Virus record (IMG/VR): IMGVR_UViG_3300045988_108820
Location: 1 to 64,000 of that record
Strand: one strand, 5' to 3'
Length of the DNA: 64,000 nucleotides
Source: a virus
Position 1 is the stretch's first letter, and every line of letters starts with the position of its first letter. The notes under the pieces were generated by a model that ran no database searches, had not been told where the DNA came from, and was given only the letters and a program-made list of their open reading frames with translations. Of the stretch, positions 52,612 through 61,622 are shown in pieces. The position numbers and the translations under genes were made by a program.

Positions 52612-52759
52612 TATTAATTTATTATCTAAGAATGAAGTTTTAATCTCAAGAGAAGAAGGATATACAATTCTTAGGAAGAAATTAGACTCTGGGAATATAG
52701 AAACATTTGTAATAGTACCATTAAAAGATTTTAATAGAAATGGAGATAGTAGTAGATAG
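52559..52759 (+). CDS. hypothetical protein (66 aa), uncertain
   Basis: Overlaps both neighbours by about 50 and 20 nt. Confidence 0.3.
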   Translation: MGKIKVGSMKQLALVEGDINLLSKNEVLISREEGYTILRKKLDSGNIETFVIVPLKDFNRNGDSSR

Positions 52760-53219
52760 AAGATTTAAGAAACCCACTTATACAATAAGTAATCTAACTA
52801 TTAATGGTAAGTGGTTCTGTAATGTAATAGAAGATACTGATAGAGACTTGGACAATACAATGTCTCCTTCATATATTAGAAAGGTAAAGGATGTAAATGG
52901 GAATGGATTAAATGATGATTCTATTACAGCTATTCCAAGAGGTACTTATAAAGTTACACTTGATGTAGTATCTCCAAAGTTTAACAAAAAGGAGTATTAT
53001 AGAAAATATTGTGGAGGAAAGGTTCCTAGAATACTTAATGTTCCTGGTTTTGATGGTATATTAATGCATTGTGGGTCTAGTGCCAAAAGCAGTGCTGGTT
53101 GTCTAATCTTAGGTTATAATAAGATTAAAGGGGGAGTAGTAGATTCCCAAAAGGCTTTTGAATTAGTGTATAGAGAGTTAATGAAAGATAAAAATAATCT
53201 AACAATTAAAATCTTATAA
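52740..53219 (+). CDS. DUF5675/YkuD-like putative cell-wall enzyme (endolysin candidate)
   Basis: IPRGTYKV...ILNVPGFDGILMHCGSSAKSSAGCLILG resembles the His...S.GC(I/L) catalytic pattern of L,D-transpeptidase-fold enzymes. Confidence 0.45.
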   Translation: MEIVVDRRFKKPTYTISNLTINGKWFCNVIEDTDRDLDNTMSPSYIRKVKDVNGNGLNDDSITAIPRGTYKVTLDVVSPKFNKKEYYRKYCGGKVPRILNVPGFDGILMHCGSSAKSSAGCLILGYNKIKGGVVDSQKAFELVYRELMKDKNNLTIKIL

Positions 53220-53291
53220 TTATGGCTAAAAGTGGTAAGAAGAGACCAAAACCAATGTCTCCTAAAGCAGGAGTGGGTAAAGGAACTAAAT

Positions 53292-53684
53292 ATGGTTGTG
53301 GTGGAAAAATTAAGAAGAAGTAGTTTCCATAAGCTATTACTGTTAGTGTTGAAATATATACCAATGGTAATAGCTTTATGCTATATGCTTAATACAATAC
53401 TTTATATAGAACCATTAAGTAATATAGCAGGAGTGTCTCTATTAACATGGATATTCTTATATTTAGTTTCTATTGCATTTGAGTTTTGCTCTTATCATAG
53501 AATGTTTCTTTGGTATATTCTAATAGATGACATATTAAATATAACTGATTACTATTGGAATATACCAATTAGCACTGATAATTTAATCAGAATACATAAT
53601 ATATTAGCAGGAATAACATTATTTGTAGTATTAGTTCTTTATGTTAAAAGTAATAAAATCACTATTAGAAAGAATAATAAATGA
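53292..53684 (+). CDS. multi-pass membrane protein (holin candidate)
   Basis: Start moved to the internal ATG; 3-4 hydrophobic helices (LLLLVLKYIPMVIALCYML, LLTWIFLYLVSIAF, ILAGITLFVVLVLYV). Confidence 0.45.
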   Translation: MVVVEKLRRSSFHKLLLLVLKYIPMVIALCYMLNTILYIEPLSNIAGVSLLTWIFLYLVSIAFEFCSYHRMFLWYILIDDILNITDYYWNIPISTDNLIRIHNILAGITLFVVLVLYVKSNKITIRKNNK

Positions 53685-53970
53685 TATAGATTGTGGTAAT
53701 AGTAATATCACAGAAGATGAAGCTATGGAAATAATAAAAGTTATTAAGTCTTACACAGATAAGACTCAGAAACTTAGTAAATGCCAAGCATGTCAGAAAC
53801 TTAATGTGAGTAGGGCTACCTTTGATAATTTAGTTAGAGAAGGTATTATACCTAGAGGAGAAAAGGTTATGGGTTTTAAAGAATTATTTTGGGAAGAAAG
53901 GACTCTAGATGAAGTAATAAAGAGTAGAAGAAATGGTAACAAAGAAAACAATCAAAGTTCCAATCTATGA
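53641..53970 (+). CDS. helix-turn-helix DNA-binding protein
   Basis: LSKCQACQKLNVSRATFDNLVREGIIP, an excisionase/MerR-type HTH. Confidence 0.5.
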   Translation: MLKVIKSLLERIINDIDCGNSNITEDEAMEIIKVIKSYTDKTQKLSKCQACQKLNVSRATFDNLVREGIIPRGEKVMGFKELFWEERTLDEVIKSRRNGNKENNQSSNL

Positions 53971-54271
53971 TTATAGAGTAATTATCATAGTAGTAGATAC
54001 TTGGGAAGAAGCACATGAACTCTATCCAAGTATAAAATGTAAAACAAGAGCCTGTGTGCTTGAAGGCCCAGACTATTCTATTATAGCTGTTCCACCTCAT
54101 AAGACTAATTTAATAGTCCATGAATGTGTTCATTTAAAAAACTGCATTTGGAATTACATAGGATATAAACCAGAAGCAAATAATGATGAAGTAGATGCTT
54201 ATTTAGTAGAATATCTATTTGACCAAGTATCAAAAGTTGTAGCTAAACATAACTTAGAAACTCAATGCTAA
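53933..54271 (+). CDS. small HExxH zinc-metallopeptidase-like protein
   Basis: LIVHECVHLKN (HExxH) with a downstream acidic NNDEVDAYLVEY. Confidence 0.4.
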   Translation: MVTKKTIKVPIYDYRVIIIVVDTWEEAHELYPSIKCKTRACVLEGPDYSIIAVPPHKTNLIVHECVHLKNCIWNYIGYKPEANNDEVDAYLVEYLFDQVSKVVAKHNLETQC

Positions 54272-54284
54272 ATATATAATTTAT

Positions 54285-54321
54285 AACACTCTTAAAGTTA
54301 ATGCTTTAGGAGTGTTTTTTT
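54285..54321 (+). terminator. rho-independent terminator
   Basis: 13-bp stem AACACTCTTAAAG/CTTTAGGAGTGTT plus a T7 run. Confidence 0.65.
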
Positions 54322-54434
54322 ATTCATTAGTATCATTATGTTTCTTGATAAAGTTTATATACCTTTGCTTTGTAAGCTTACAAAAAATAAATATTTTATA
54401 AACTATCAATTGAGAAACATTATGGAGAAAACTT

Positions 54435-54611
54435 ATGTTTTTGACACAGCTGAAGTTCATCAATACATTTGAGCATGAAAAGAACCACTTGGAGATGCAC
54501 ATCTGTGAGGCATTAGATATTAATCCTTATTCAGAGGAAGCTGCACACTTGAGTGGTGACTTAGCTCAATTAATTCTTGAAGAAGCCTTATATTCTATTG
54601 TGGAACTTTAG
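54435..54611 (+). CDS. small protein (58 aa, below track cutoff) bracketed by two terminators
   Basis: Hand translation MFLTQLKFINTFEHEKNHLEMHICEALDINPYSEEAAHLSGDLAQLILEEALYSIVEL; preferred over the antisense ORF 54320..54502. Confidence 0.4.
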   Translation: MFLTQLKFINTFEHEKNHLEMHICEALDINPYSEEAAHLSGDLAQLILEEALYSIVEL

Positions 54612-54631
54612 TAAAAAGGAGTACTTGTTAG
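54604..54631 (+). terminator. rho-independent terminator
   Basis: 11-bp stem AAAAGGAGTAC/GTACTCCTTTT. Confidence 0.6.
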
Positions 54632-54669
54632 TACTCCTTTTGCTATATTATAAATAACTTTATTATATA

Positions 54670-54701
54670 CTTGTCTAACCTATTTATTCTTATTAATTTT
54701 G
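54670..54701 (+). promoter_or_regulatory. candidate promoter for the capsid-assembly operon
   Basis: CTTG, 20-nt spacer, then TAATTTTG (54694-54701); 29 nt upstream of ATG 54730. Confidence 0.4.
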
Positions 54702-54729
54702 CAAAGAAGTTTAATAAGGAGTATAATAT

Positions 54730-55869
54730 ATGGAAGGTTTATCATTAGATAATATAATGACTGGAGAAGAGGCAGCAGCTCTCTTTGATCCAGAAACTAA
54801 GCAAGAAGGAACTGAGGAAACTCCCTCAAAGAATTCTGATGAAAATGAAAAGGAAAGTAAAGAAACTACTGAGGTTGTAGATGTAGATACCTTATTTACA
54901 GATAAGCCAGAGAGCGTAGGTAGTGAAGATCATAAGGGAAAGGAAGATACCTCTTCTAAAGAGGAAACTTCTCCCAACTTCTACTCTTCCATTGCCAAAA
55001 CCTTTGCAGAAGATGGTGTCTTCCAAGACCTTAATGATGAAGCTATTTCTAAGGTTAAAGATGCAGAGTCCTTTATGGATTTAGTAGAGGAGCAAATTCA
55101 ATCTAAGCTTGATGAAAGGCAAAAAAGAATTGACCAAGCTCTTAATGCAGGGATAGAACCTACACAAGTTCAGAGATTTGAGAATAACATCAAAATATTG
55201 AATAGTATTACTGATGAAGCTATCTCTGAAGAAGGTGAGAAAGGTGAAAATCTTAGAAAAAACATCATCTATGAGGACTATATTCAGAAGGGCTTCTCCA
55301 AAGAGAGAGCTATTAAAGCAGTTGAAAGATCTATAACTGCTGGTACTGATATAGAAGATGCTAAAGAAGCTCTACAAAGTTGCAAAGAACAAGTAACCAA
55401 AGCTTATAATAATGCAGTTAAAGAAGCAGAGGAAGTAAAGGCAAAGGAAGAAAAAGAGCTAAAAGAGCAAGCAGAAGCTCTTAAAAAATCAATTCTTTCT
55501 GATAAGAAACCTTTTGGTGACTTAGAGATAGATAAGAACACTAGACAAAGAGTATTTGATGCTATTTCTAAACCAGTATTTACTGATCCTGAAACAGGAG
55601 AAAGACTTACGGCAATTCAAAAGTTTGAAGCTGATAATCATAATGATTTTATGAAGTATGTTGGTCTTACTTATGTATTGACTGATGGTTTCAAATCACT
55701 TGATGGTTTAGTTAAAGGTAAAGTGAAGAAGGAAATTGGTAAGGGTCTAAAGGAGTTAGAACATACCTTAAATAACACTGCTAGAAACTCAGATGGTACA
55801 CTTAAATTTACAAGTGGTGTAAACTCAGACCCAGAATCTGCATTTAGTAGATTTACACTTGATATTTAA
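54730..55869 (+). CDS. putative scaffolding protein
   Basis: Acidic, Lys/Glu-rich, coiled-coil-prone 379-aa protein immediately upstream of the capsid candidate. Confidence 0.45.
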   Translation: MEGLSLDNIMTGEEAAALFDPETKQEGTEETPSKNSDENEKESKETTEVVDVDTLFTDKPESVGSEDHKGKEDTSSKEETSPNFYSSIAKTFAEDGVFQDLNDEAISKVKDAESFMDLVEEQIQSKLDERQKRIDQALNAGIEPTQVQRFENNIKILNSITDEAISEEGEKGENLRKNIIYEDYIQKGFSKERAIKAVERSITAGTDIEDAKEALQSCKEQVTKAYNNAVKEAEEVKAKEEKELKEQAEALKKSILSDKKPFGDLEIDKNTRQRVFDAISKPVFTDPETGERLTAIQKFEADNHNDFMKYVGLTYVLTDGFKSLDGLVKGKVKKEIGKGLKELEHTLNNTARNSDGTLKFTSGVNSDPESAFSRFTLDI

Positions 55870-55884
55870 TATTTAATAACTATT

Positions 55885-57390
55885 ATGGCTGGACAATTAG
55901 GTAAGTTTCAGATGGTTGGTTTTGATGGCTGGAAAGGTTTGTCAAAATTAAACCATATTTCAGCTATCTATGGTATGGGTGCTCAAAAAGCATCTAATAT
56001 GATGGTTGAGTTGTTAGCTTCTAAGATGGGTAATACTCTTGACACATTTCTGAGTAGACTCCCTATAAAGGAATTTGAAGATGATTCAGAGTATTATTGG
56101 GATATTATTTCTAGTGCAAGAAAGAATATTCCTTTGGTAGAAGCTAGAGATGAGGATGGTAAGAAAGTTGAACTAGGTGATAATCCTGTAGGTGTTGGTA
56201 CTACTCCTTTCTATTTAGTATTTGCAGAAGATTATTTCGCAGATGGCGAGGTGATTTTTGGTAGTTTAAATCAAGTATATCCTATTAGAGTACTTGGTGA
56301 TGCAAGAATGGAAGGTACTAATGCTGTGTATCGCTGTGAAGTGATGGGTGGTATTACTACAGGTGTTCCTTCTGAAAGACTACAAACTGGTGAAAGATTC
56401 TCTGTAGGTTTTGCTCCTGTTGAAAAGGAATTAAGCCGCAAGGTTGGAGATATTAGATTTAATACTCCTGTAAGTATGCGTAATGAGTGGACTACTATTA
56501 GACTTCAACACAAGGTTTCAGGTGCAATGCTTAATAGAAAACTTGCTGTTGGTATTCCTATGAAGGACACTTCTACAAATAAGACAGTGATTGCTAACTT
56601 ATGGATGCATAATGTAGACTGGACATTTGAAAAACAATGGAGTGATTACAAGAATATTGCAACAGCTTGGGGTACTTCTAACCGTAATACTAATGGTGAA
56701 TATCTAAACTTTGGTAAGAGTGGTGAAGCTATTAGAATGGGTGATGGTTTATTTGCTCAAATGGAAGTAGCTAACACTTACTACTATAATACATTCTCAT
56801 TAAAGATGATTGAAGATGCACTTTATGAATTAAGTGCAAATGCTTTAGACATCAAGGAAAGGGTGTTTGTTCTTAGAACAGGTATGAGAGGAGCATCTCT
56901 ATTTAGCAAAGCAGTTGGTGATATTGTTTCTGGATGGACTCAATTTACAGTAAATGCTGATAACTTGGGTATTGTACAAAAGACTAATAATGTACAACAT
57001 CAGACCTCCCTTGCAGCAGGTTATCAATTTACTGAATTTAGAGCACCTAATGGTGTGATTCTAAAGATTGAAGTTGATAAGTTCTATGATGATCCTGTAC
57101 AAAATAAGATTCAGCACCCACTTGGTGGTCCTGCAAGTTCTTATAGATTTGATATTATGGATATTGGTTCTATGGATCAACCTAATATCTTTAAGTGTCA
57201 AATCAAGGGAGAGCCAGAATATAGAGGTTATCAATCTGGTATGAGAAATCCTTTCACTGGAGCTATGAGTAATGACTTTATGTCTCATGATGAAGATAGT
57301 GCAACTATACACAAGATGACTACATTTGGTGTATGTGTACTAGATCCAACTAGAACAATGTCATTTATTCCTGCTGTGTTGCAAGGTTAA
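55885..57390 (+). CDS. major capsid protein candidate
   Basis: 501 aa, following the scaffold-like gene and followed by a GC-rich terminator. Assigned by position and size only. Confidence 0.6.
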   Translation: MAGQLGKFQMVGFDGWKGLSKLNHISAIYGMGAQKASNMMVELLASKMGNTLDTFLSRLPIKEFEDDSEYYWDIISSARKNIPLVEARDEDGKKVELGDNPVGVGTTPFYLVFAEDYFADGEVIFGSLNQVYPIRVLGDARMEGTNAVYRCEVMGGITTGVPSERLQTGERFSVGFAPVEKELSRKVGDIRFNTPVSMRNEWTTIRLQHKVSGAMLNRKLAVGIPMKDTSTNKTVIANLWMHNVDWTFEKQWSDYKNIATAWGTSNRNTNGEYLNFGKSGEAIRMGDGLFAQMEVANTYYYNTFSLKMIEDALYELSANALDIKERVFVLRTGMRGASLFSKAVGDIVSGWTQFTVNADNLGIVQKTNNVQHQTSLAAGYQFTEFRAPNGVILKIEVDKFYDDPVQNKIQHPLGGPASSYRFDIMDIGSMDQPNIFKCQIKGEPEYRGYQSGMRNPFTGAMSNDFMSHDEDSATIHKMTTFGVCVLDPTRTMSFIPAVLQG

Positions 57391-57402
57391 ATATAACTTA
57401 TA

Positions 57403-57425
57403 GGGGGAATTAAGTTTCCCCCTTT
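57403..57425 (+). terminator. terminator after the capsid candidate
   Basis: Stem GGGGGAA/TTCCCCC with loop TTAAGT, then TTT. Confidence 0.55.
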
Positions 57426-57440
57426 AATTAAATAAAATAT

Positions 57441-58337
57441 ATGGCAAAGGAAGATAAAATTAATGAGGAAAAACCTTTAGTTAATTGTCTAAAGAATGAG
57501 CAAATAATCATAAGATATTTGCCTAGACAGAGTAGAATGGTAACTAACCCTAAACATGTACTATTTGGAGGAATGGCAGAGAATGCTACAAGAACTTTTG
57601 TAGTTCCTATGTTGTCTTCTGGTAGATATGTTAATGTTCTTACAGATAGTGAAAAGGATTTCCTTGAAGAATTAATGGGATTACCTCCAAATGCACTTTC
57701 TATATATAAGAAAGTAGATAACTTTTGGGATGATGCTAATGAAGCTGGTATATCTAAAGTAACATTAAGAAAGCAAGATAATTATCTTAACTTAGCTAAT
57801 GTAGAAGATTATATTAGATATAAAATTCTACTAGCTAATAAAGACTATATTGCTCCTTCTCTAGAAGCTTTGGAAACTAACCCTAAGGCAACTTATCAAT
57901 TTGTAATTCTTACAGAAGACTCAGAAACCCAATCTGCTAAGAAGGGTATGACAACTTTAATGCAATGTTATACTGCTTATGGTAAGATTGAAGATGAAGT
58001 TGATACTCTTAGAGTTATTGTTGAAACTCTTACTGGTGTAAGAGTCCATAAGAATACTAAAAAAGAGTTCTTACAAACTAAGGTAAATGAGTTAATACAA
58101 GGTAACAGTAAGATGTTCTTAAAAGTTGCTACAGACCCTATGTTATCAACTAAAGTTCTTATCAGAAGATGTGTTGAAGAAGGATTAATAGCTCATAGAG
58201 GTAATCAGTACTACATTAAAGATGGTAATATCCCTATGTGTGAAGATGGAGAACCTACTTTAAATGTAGCAGCACAATGGATTAACTTACCAAAGAATCA
58301 AGAAATTAAGCTTAGTCTAGAAGCTAAACTTAAATAA
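57441..58337 (+). CDS. virion-module protein (298 aa), function unknown
   Basis: Intact ORF in the structural block. Confidence 0.5.
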   Translation: MAKEDKINEEKPLVNCLKNEQIIIRYLPRQSRMVTNPKHVLFGGMAENATRTFVVPMLSSGRYVNVLTDSEKDFLEELMGLPPNALSIYKKVDNFWDDANEAGISKVTLRKQDNYLNLANVEDYIRYKILLANKDYIAPSLEALETNPKATYQFVILTEDSETQSAKKGMTTLMQCYTAYGKIEDEVDTLRVIVETLTGVRVHKNTKKEFLQTKVNELIQGNSKMFLKVATDPMLSTKVLIRRCVEEGLIAHRGNQYYIKDGNIPMCEDGEPTLNVAAQWINLPKNQEIKLSLEAKLK

Positions 58338-58353
58338 TATAAATTGAAAGCCC

Positions 58354-59133
58354 ATGACCAATGAAGAATTTAGTAATGAATTTGATGTTCTTTACAATAA
58401 TATAACTAGTAATCAGGCTCCTGGGCTTGATGAATATGAGAAAAGTGTTTTCTTAACTAAGGCACAATCTGAAATACTGAGAGAATATTTTAACTATAGA
58501 GTAGATAATACTAATGGAGGTTTTGATGGGAGTCAAAAAAGACAATATGACTTTTCATTCCTAATTAAAACTGCTAAATTAGAAGCTAATGTTTCTAATG
58601 AGGGGGATGAGAACTATATTCCTAAGATGGATAATAGAGGCTCCCTATTTAACTTCCCAGAGGATTACTTTCTTAGTATCAATGAGGTTATTAGGGATGA
58701 TGCATCTAGTAATAAGTTTTACTCTGTAGTCTCAATAAGTTATTCTGATTATCAAAGATTAATGACTAAACCTTATGCTTATCCACCTAAAAGAATGGCA
58801 TGGAGGTTATTCATTGGAACAATACAAAAGACTTTAGAAGATACTTCTAAAGTAATAGTTCCTGTGGCAGAGATTATAGGAAAATTTGTTGGAGATCCAA
58901 CTACTTGGGACTACACTCTTAGATATGTAAAGAAACCTAGTCCAATTATTCTTATTAATTTAACTGATGATGACTTATCAATTGAAGGTGAAAAAGTAAA
59001 AACTCCTTGTGAGTTTCCTTCTCAATTACATCAAGAGATCCTTGAAAGAGCTGTGTCATTAGCTAAAATAGCATATCAGGCAGGTTCTACTGCTACTATT
59101 GCAGCACAATCTAGTAAAAATAATCAACAATAG
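58354..59133 (+). CDS. structural-module protein, tandem paralog 1
   Basis: The N-terminus MTNEEFSNEFDVLYNNITSNQAPGLDEYEKSVFLTKAQSEILREY and the C-terminal blocks (YVKKPSPIILINL, LSIEGEKVKT) match the next gene. Confidence 0.6.
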   Translation: MTNEEFSNEFDVLYNNITSNQAPGLDEYEKSVFLTKAQSEILREYFNYRVDNTNGGFDGSQKRQYDFSFLIKTAKLEANVSNEGDENYIPKMDNRGSLFNFPEDYFLSINEVIRDDASSNKFYSVVSISYSDYQRLMTKPYAYPPKRMAWRLFIGTIQKTLEDTSKVIVPVAEIIGKFVGDPTTWDYTLRYVKKPSPIILINLTDDDLSIEGEKVKTPCEFPSQLHQEILERAVSLAKIAYQAGSTATIAAQSSKNNQQ

Positions 59134-59138
59134 TAATT

Positions 59139-59825
59139 ATGACTACAGAGGAATTTAGTAATGAATTTGATGTCCTACTTAATAGCTATATTACTATTAA
59201 CCAAGATTCATTTAAACTAGATGAATATGAGAAATCAGTTCTTCTAACTGAATCACAAGAAGCTGTAATTAAGGAATTATATAATGGAAAACTAGCAGGG
59301 GAAGGATTTGAAGAAACAGAAGAAATTAGAAGAGGACTAGATAGTTTAGTCAACACTCTAGAACTAACATCTAAAGATATTTCAAAACCTAAGATGTCAG
59401 ATAAATCTCAGTTTTTTCAACTGCCAACAGATATATGGTTTATTACCTATGAATCAGCACTTTTATCAGATGAGTCTTTAGGATGTAAAAATAATACTAG
59501 AGTAATTGTAATTCCTATAAGACAGGATGAGTACCATAGTGTAGAAAGTAATCCCTTCAGAGGACCTTCAGATAAAAGAGTTTTAAGAATAGACACTGGC
59601 TCCTCAATAGTAGAACTTATATCTAAATATAATATTAAGAGCTATTTTGTAAAGTATCTTAGTAAACCTAAACCTATTATTTTACAGGACATCTCAAATG
59701 AGAATTTAACAATAAATGGTGAGAAATTAAAGATGGAGTGTAAATTAAATGAATCTTTACACAGAACCATCTTAGAGGGAGCTGTAGCTTTAGCCATTAA
59801 GAGACTTCCCTCGAAGAATGTATAA
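59139..59825 (+). CDS. structural-module protein, tandem paralog 2
   Basis: MTTEEFSNEFDVLLNSYITINQDSFKLDEYEKSVLLTESQEAVIKELY; YLSKPKPIILQDI, LTINGEKLKM. Confidence 0.6.
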   Translation: MTTEEFSNEFDVLLNSYITINQDSFKLDEYEKSVLLTESQEAVIKELYNGKLAGEGFEETEEIRRGLDSLVNTLELTSKDISKPKMSDKSQFFQLPTDIWFITYESALLSDESLGCKNNTRVIVIPIRQDEYHSVESNPFRGPSDKRVLRIDTGSSIVELISKYNIKSYFVKYLSKPKPIILQDISNENLTINGEKLKMECKLNESLHRTILEGAVALAIKRLPSKNV

Positions 59826-59842
59826 CTTAAACTAATTTAAAG

Positions 59843-60910
59843 ATGGCAGTTTTTTCTGTAAATCAAAACAGACAGCTTTATGTAGCAAATGCTTATAAAG
59901 CAACAGTAGCAGGAACTGACCCTGCTGGTACAATATCAGTTAAGGCTGATAAAGCAAAAAAGTATTTTTATTTTCCTTATGTAGGTGTTGATAACCTCAT
60001 GAGAAGTGATCTAATTGATGTAGATAAGGTAATGTATGCTAAGGCTACAGATGCTGATGCTCTAGCAATGAAGCTAAAATCAGTACTTGTAACTCTAGAT
60101 TCAGCAGTTAATGGTGGTGAACCTATCTCAGGTCAGGATTATATACTAAGGATAGCCTTTAGACAGTATTTTGGTAATTCAGATGGTAATATGTACTTTA
60201 AGCATGGTGCTGTTCATGGCTTTGCTGGTATGACTGCTTCTGTATTCTATGCTAAAATGGCACAGTCTTTAGCTCTTAACTTTAGTAGAGAAAGAGTTAA
60301 ACCTCTAGCTATTCACTTAGTAAGTGGTGACCTTGCAGATGGAGGCACTGATGAAGGTGAGGTGTTGCCAACTTCAGTTATTGCTAAAAAGAAGAGTGAT
60401 ACAAGTGATTTTGATCCTTTTACTACAACTTACACTGGTATTTTAATTGAGGAAGTAGAACAAGATTGGGTTCTTGGAACTAAAAAGCAAGTGCCTGTTT
60501 ACTTTGATGTATATCCTTCTACTGTTATTAGTGGTGGTGATGAAGTAATTTGGGGAACAGCTGAAGAGGTTGCTAGTAAAGAATCTATAGGTAATGGTCA
60601 TAATATTGCAGATCTTGAGTATTTCTGTATGGGTGAAAGAGGTGATCAATATAGAAATATTGGTTGGCCTAATGTAATTAAAACTAAGTATTTAGTAGAT
60701 CCTGAAAAGAAATATAATATCATTGATATACATTATGCTTATGTAGGTGATGGTGTCAGTGTACAGAAGTCAGAGAAAGATATTACTATTGTAGTACCAA
60801 AGGTTGGTGCTAATAATCAAGCTAGTAATAAACTGACTAATGATATTATTGCTGCAATAAACACAGCTACTGGTCTTAATATTGCTACACTTGATAATTC
60901 AGCAGGTTAA
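59843..60910 (+). CDS. abundant-looking virion protein (355 aa)
   Basis: Intact ORF followed by a strong terminator; function not recognised. Confidence 0.5.
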   Translation: MAVFSVNQNRQLYVANAYKATVAGTDPAGTISVKADKAKKYFYFPYVGVDNLMRSDLIDVDKVMYAKATDADALAMKLKSVLVTLDSAVNGGEPISGQDYILRIAFRQYFGNSDGNMYFKHGAVHGFAGMTASVFYAKMAQSLALNFSRERVKPLAIHLVSGDLADGGTDEGEVLPTSVIAKKKSDTSDFDPFTTTYTGILIEEVEQDWVLGTKKQVPVYFDVYPSTVISGGDEVIWGTAEEVASKESIGNGHNIADLEYFCMGERGDQYRNIGWPNVIKTKYLVDPEKKYNIIDIHYAYVGDGVSVQKSEKDITIVVPKVGANNQASNKLTNDIIAAINTATGLNIATLDNSAG

Positions 60911-60926
60911 GCTAGTATAAATTCAA

Positions 60927-60956
60927 AGTAGATGTGATGAGCATCTACTTTTTTTA
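60927..60956 (+). terminator. rho-independent terminator
   Basis: 8-bp stem AGTAGATG/CATCTACT plus a T7 run. Confidence 0.65.
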
Positions 60957-60974
60957 TTTTAATACATTACTAAT

Positions 60975-61622
60975 ATGATACACTATAACAATTTATATAT
61001 AACTGAGGATAGCAAGTATTTAGTAATAGATGTAGCTATAGATGAAGATTCTACCTATGATGATGTTTATCTGTATAGAATAGCTATAGACACTCAAGAT
61101 ACTTACATTACTAATGGTCCTAGTAATAATGCTAAAATTATCTTCCTAGATGAAGGTGATATAGAAAAACCTAGTATGAATGGTATTGAGGAAGTTAAAA
61201 ATAGTGGTAAAGATTCTAAAAAAGTAAAGCATACTAAACTAACTCTATCTGCTAAAGATTTAGGAGTTAATTTAAATAAGGATATGCTATTCATCTATAG
61301 TACAGCTTCAGGGTTTATACCAGAAGATAAACCAGATGTTCTCAAATATATAACTGATACAATACTTAATGTAGTTGTTAATACTTATGAAGTGTACAAA
61401 AGTATTATCCCTTTAATTAAGGAGATTGGTGAATTATGTAAGGATCCTATATCATTTATTGATAGAGAATTACAAATCAAAGCTGTAGAATACTCTATAA
61501 AAAATAGTAATTATCTATTAGCTATTAAATATTGGAAGAAATACTTTATGGATAATACAATTACATCCTCATCTAATAAATGTAACTGCAATGGAAACTC
61601 TCAATGTTCTTGCATTAGATAG
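60975..61622 (+). CDS. hypothetical virion-module protein (215 aa)
   Basis: Intact ORF; Cys-rich C-terminus CNCNGNSQCSC. Confidence 0.5.
   Translation: MIHYNNLYITEDSKYLVIDVAIDEDSTYDDVYLYRIAIDTQDTYITNGPSNNAKIIFLDEGDIEKPSMNGIEEVKNSGKDSKKVKHTKLTLSAKDLGVNLNKDMLFIYSTASGFIPEDKPDVLKYITDTILNVVVNTYEVYKSIIPLIKEIGELCKDPISFIDRELQIKAVEYSIKNSNYLLAIKYWKKYFMDNTITSSSNKCNCNGNSQCSCIR

Noticed and set aside
53222-53323. 33-aa highly basic ORF (MAKSGKKRPKPMSPKAGVGKGTKYGCGGKIKKK) overlapping the start of the holin candidate
   Set aside because: It is possibly real but too short to support from sequence alone, and it competes with the alternative-frame start of the membrane protein.
54320-54502. Minus-strand 60-aa ORF
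   Set aside because: It is the lone antisense ORF in the plus-strand arm and overlaps a plus-strand terminator and palindrome. The plus-strand 58-aa ORF at 54435..54611 is a better candidate.
28432-61294. Other antisense ORFs: 28432..28686, 29892..30074, 30259..30480, 30888..31121, 32461..32718, 35372..35599, 36210..36494, 39927..40154, 44838..45062, 47748..48023, 49151..49453, 49574..49792, 50258..50455, 51826..52152, 53876..54100, 57061..57312, 60443..60649, 61103..61294
   Set aside because: They are opposite to the local transcription direction and sit inside better-supported genes.
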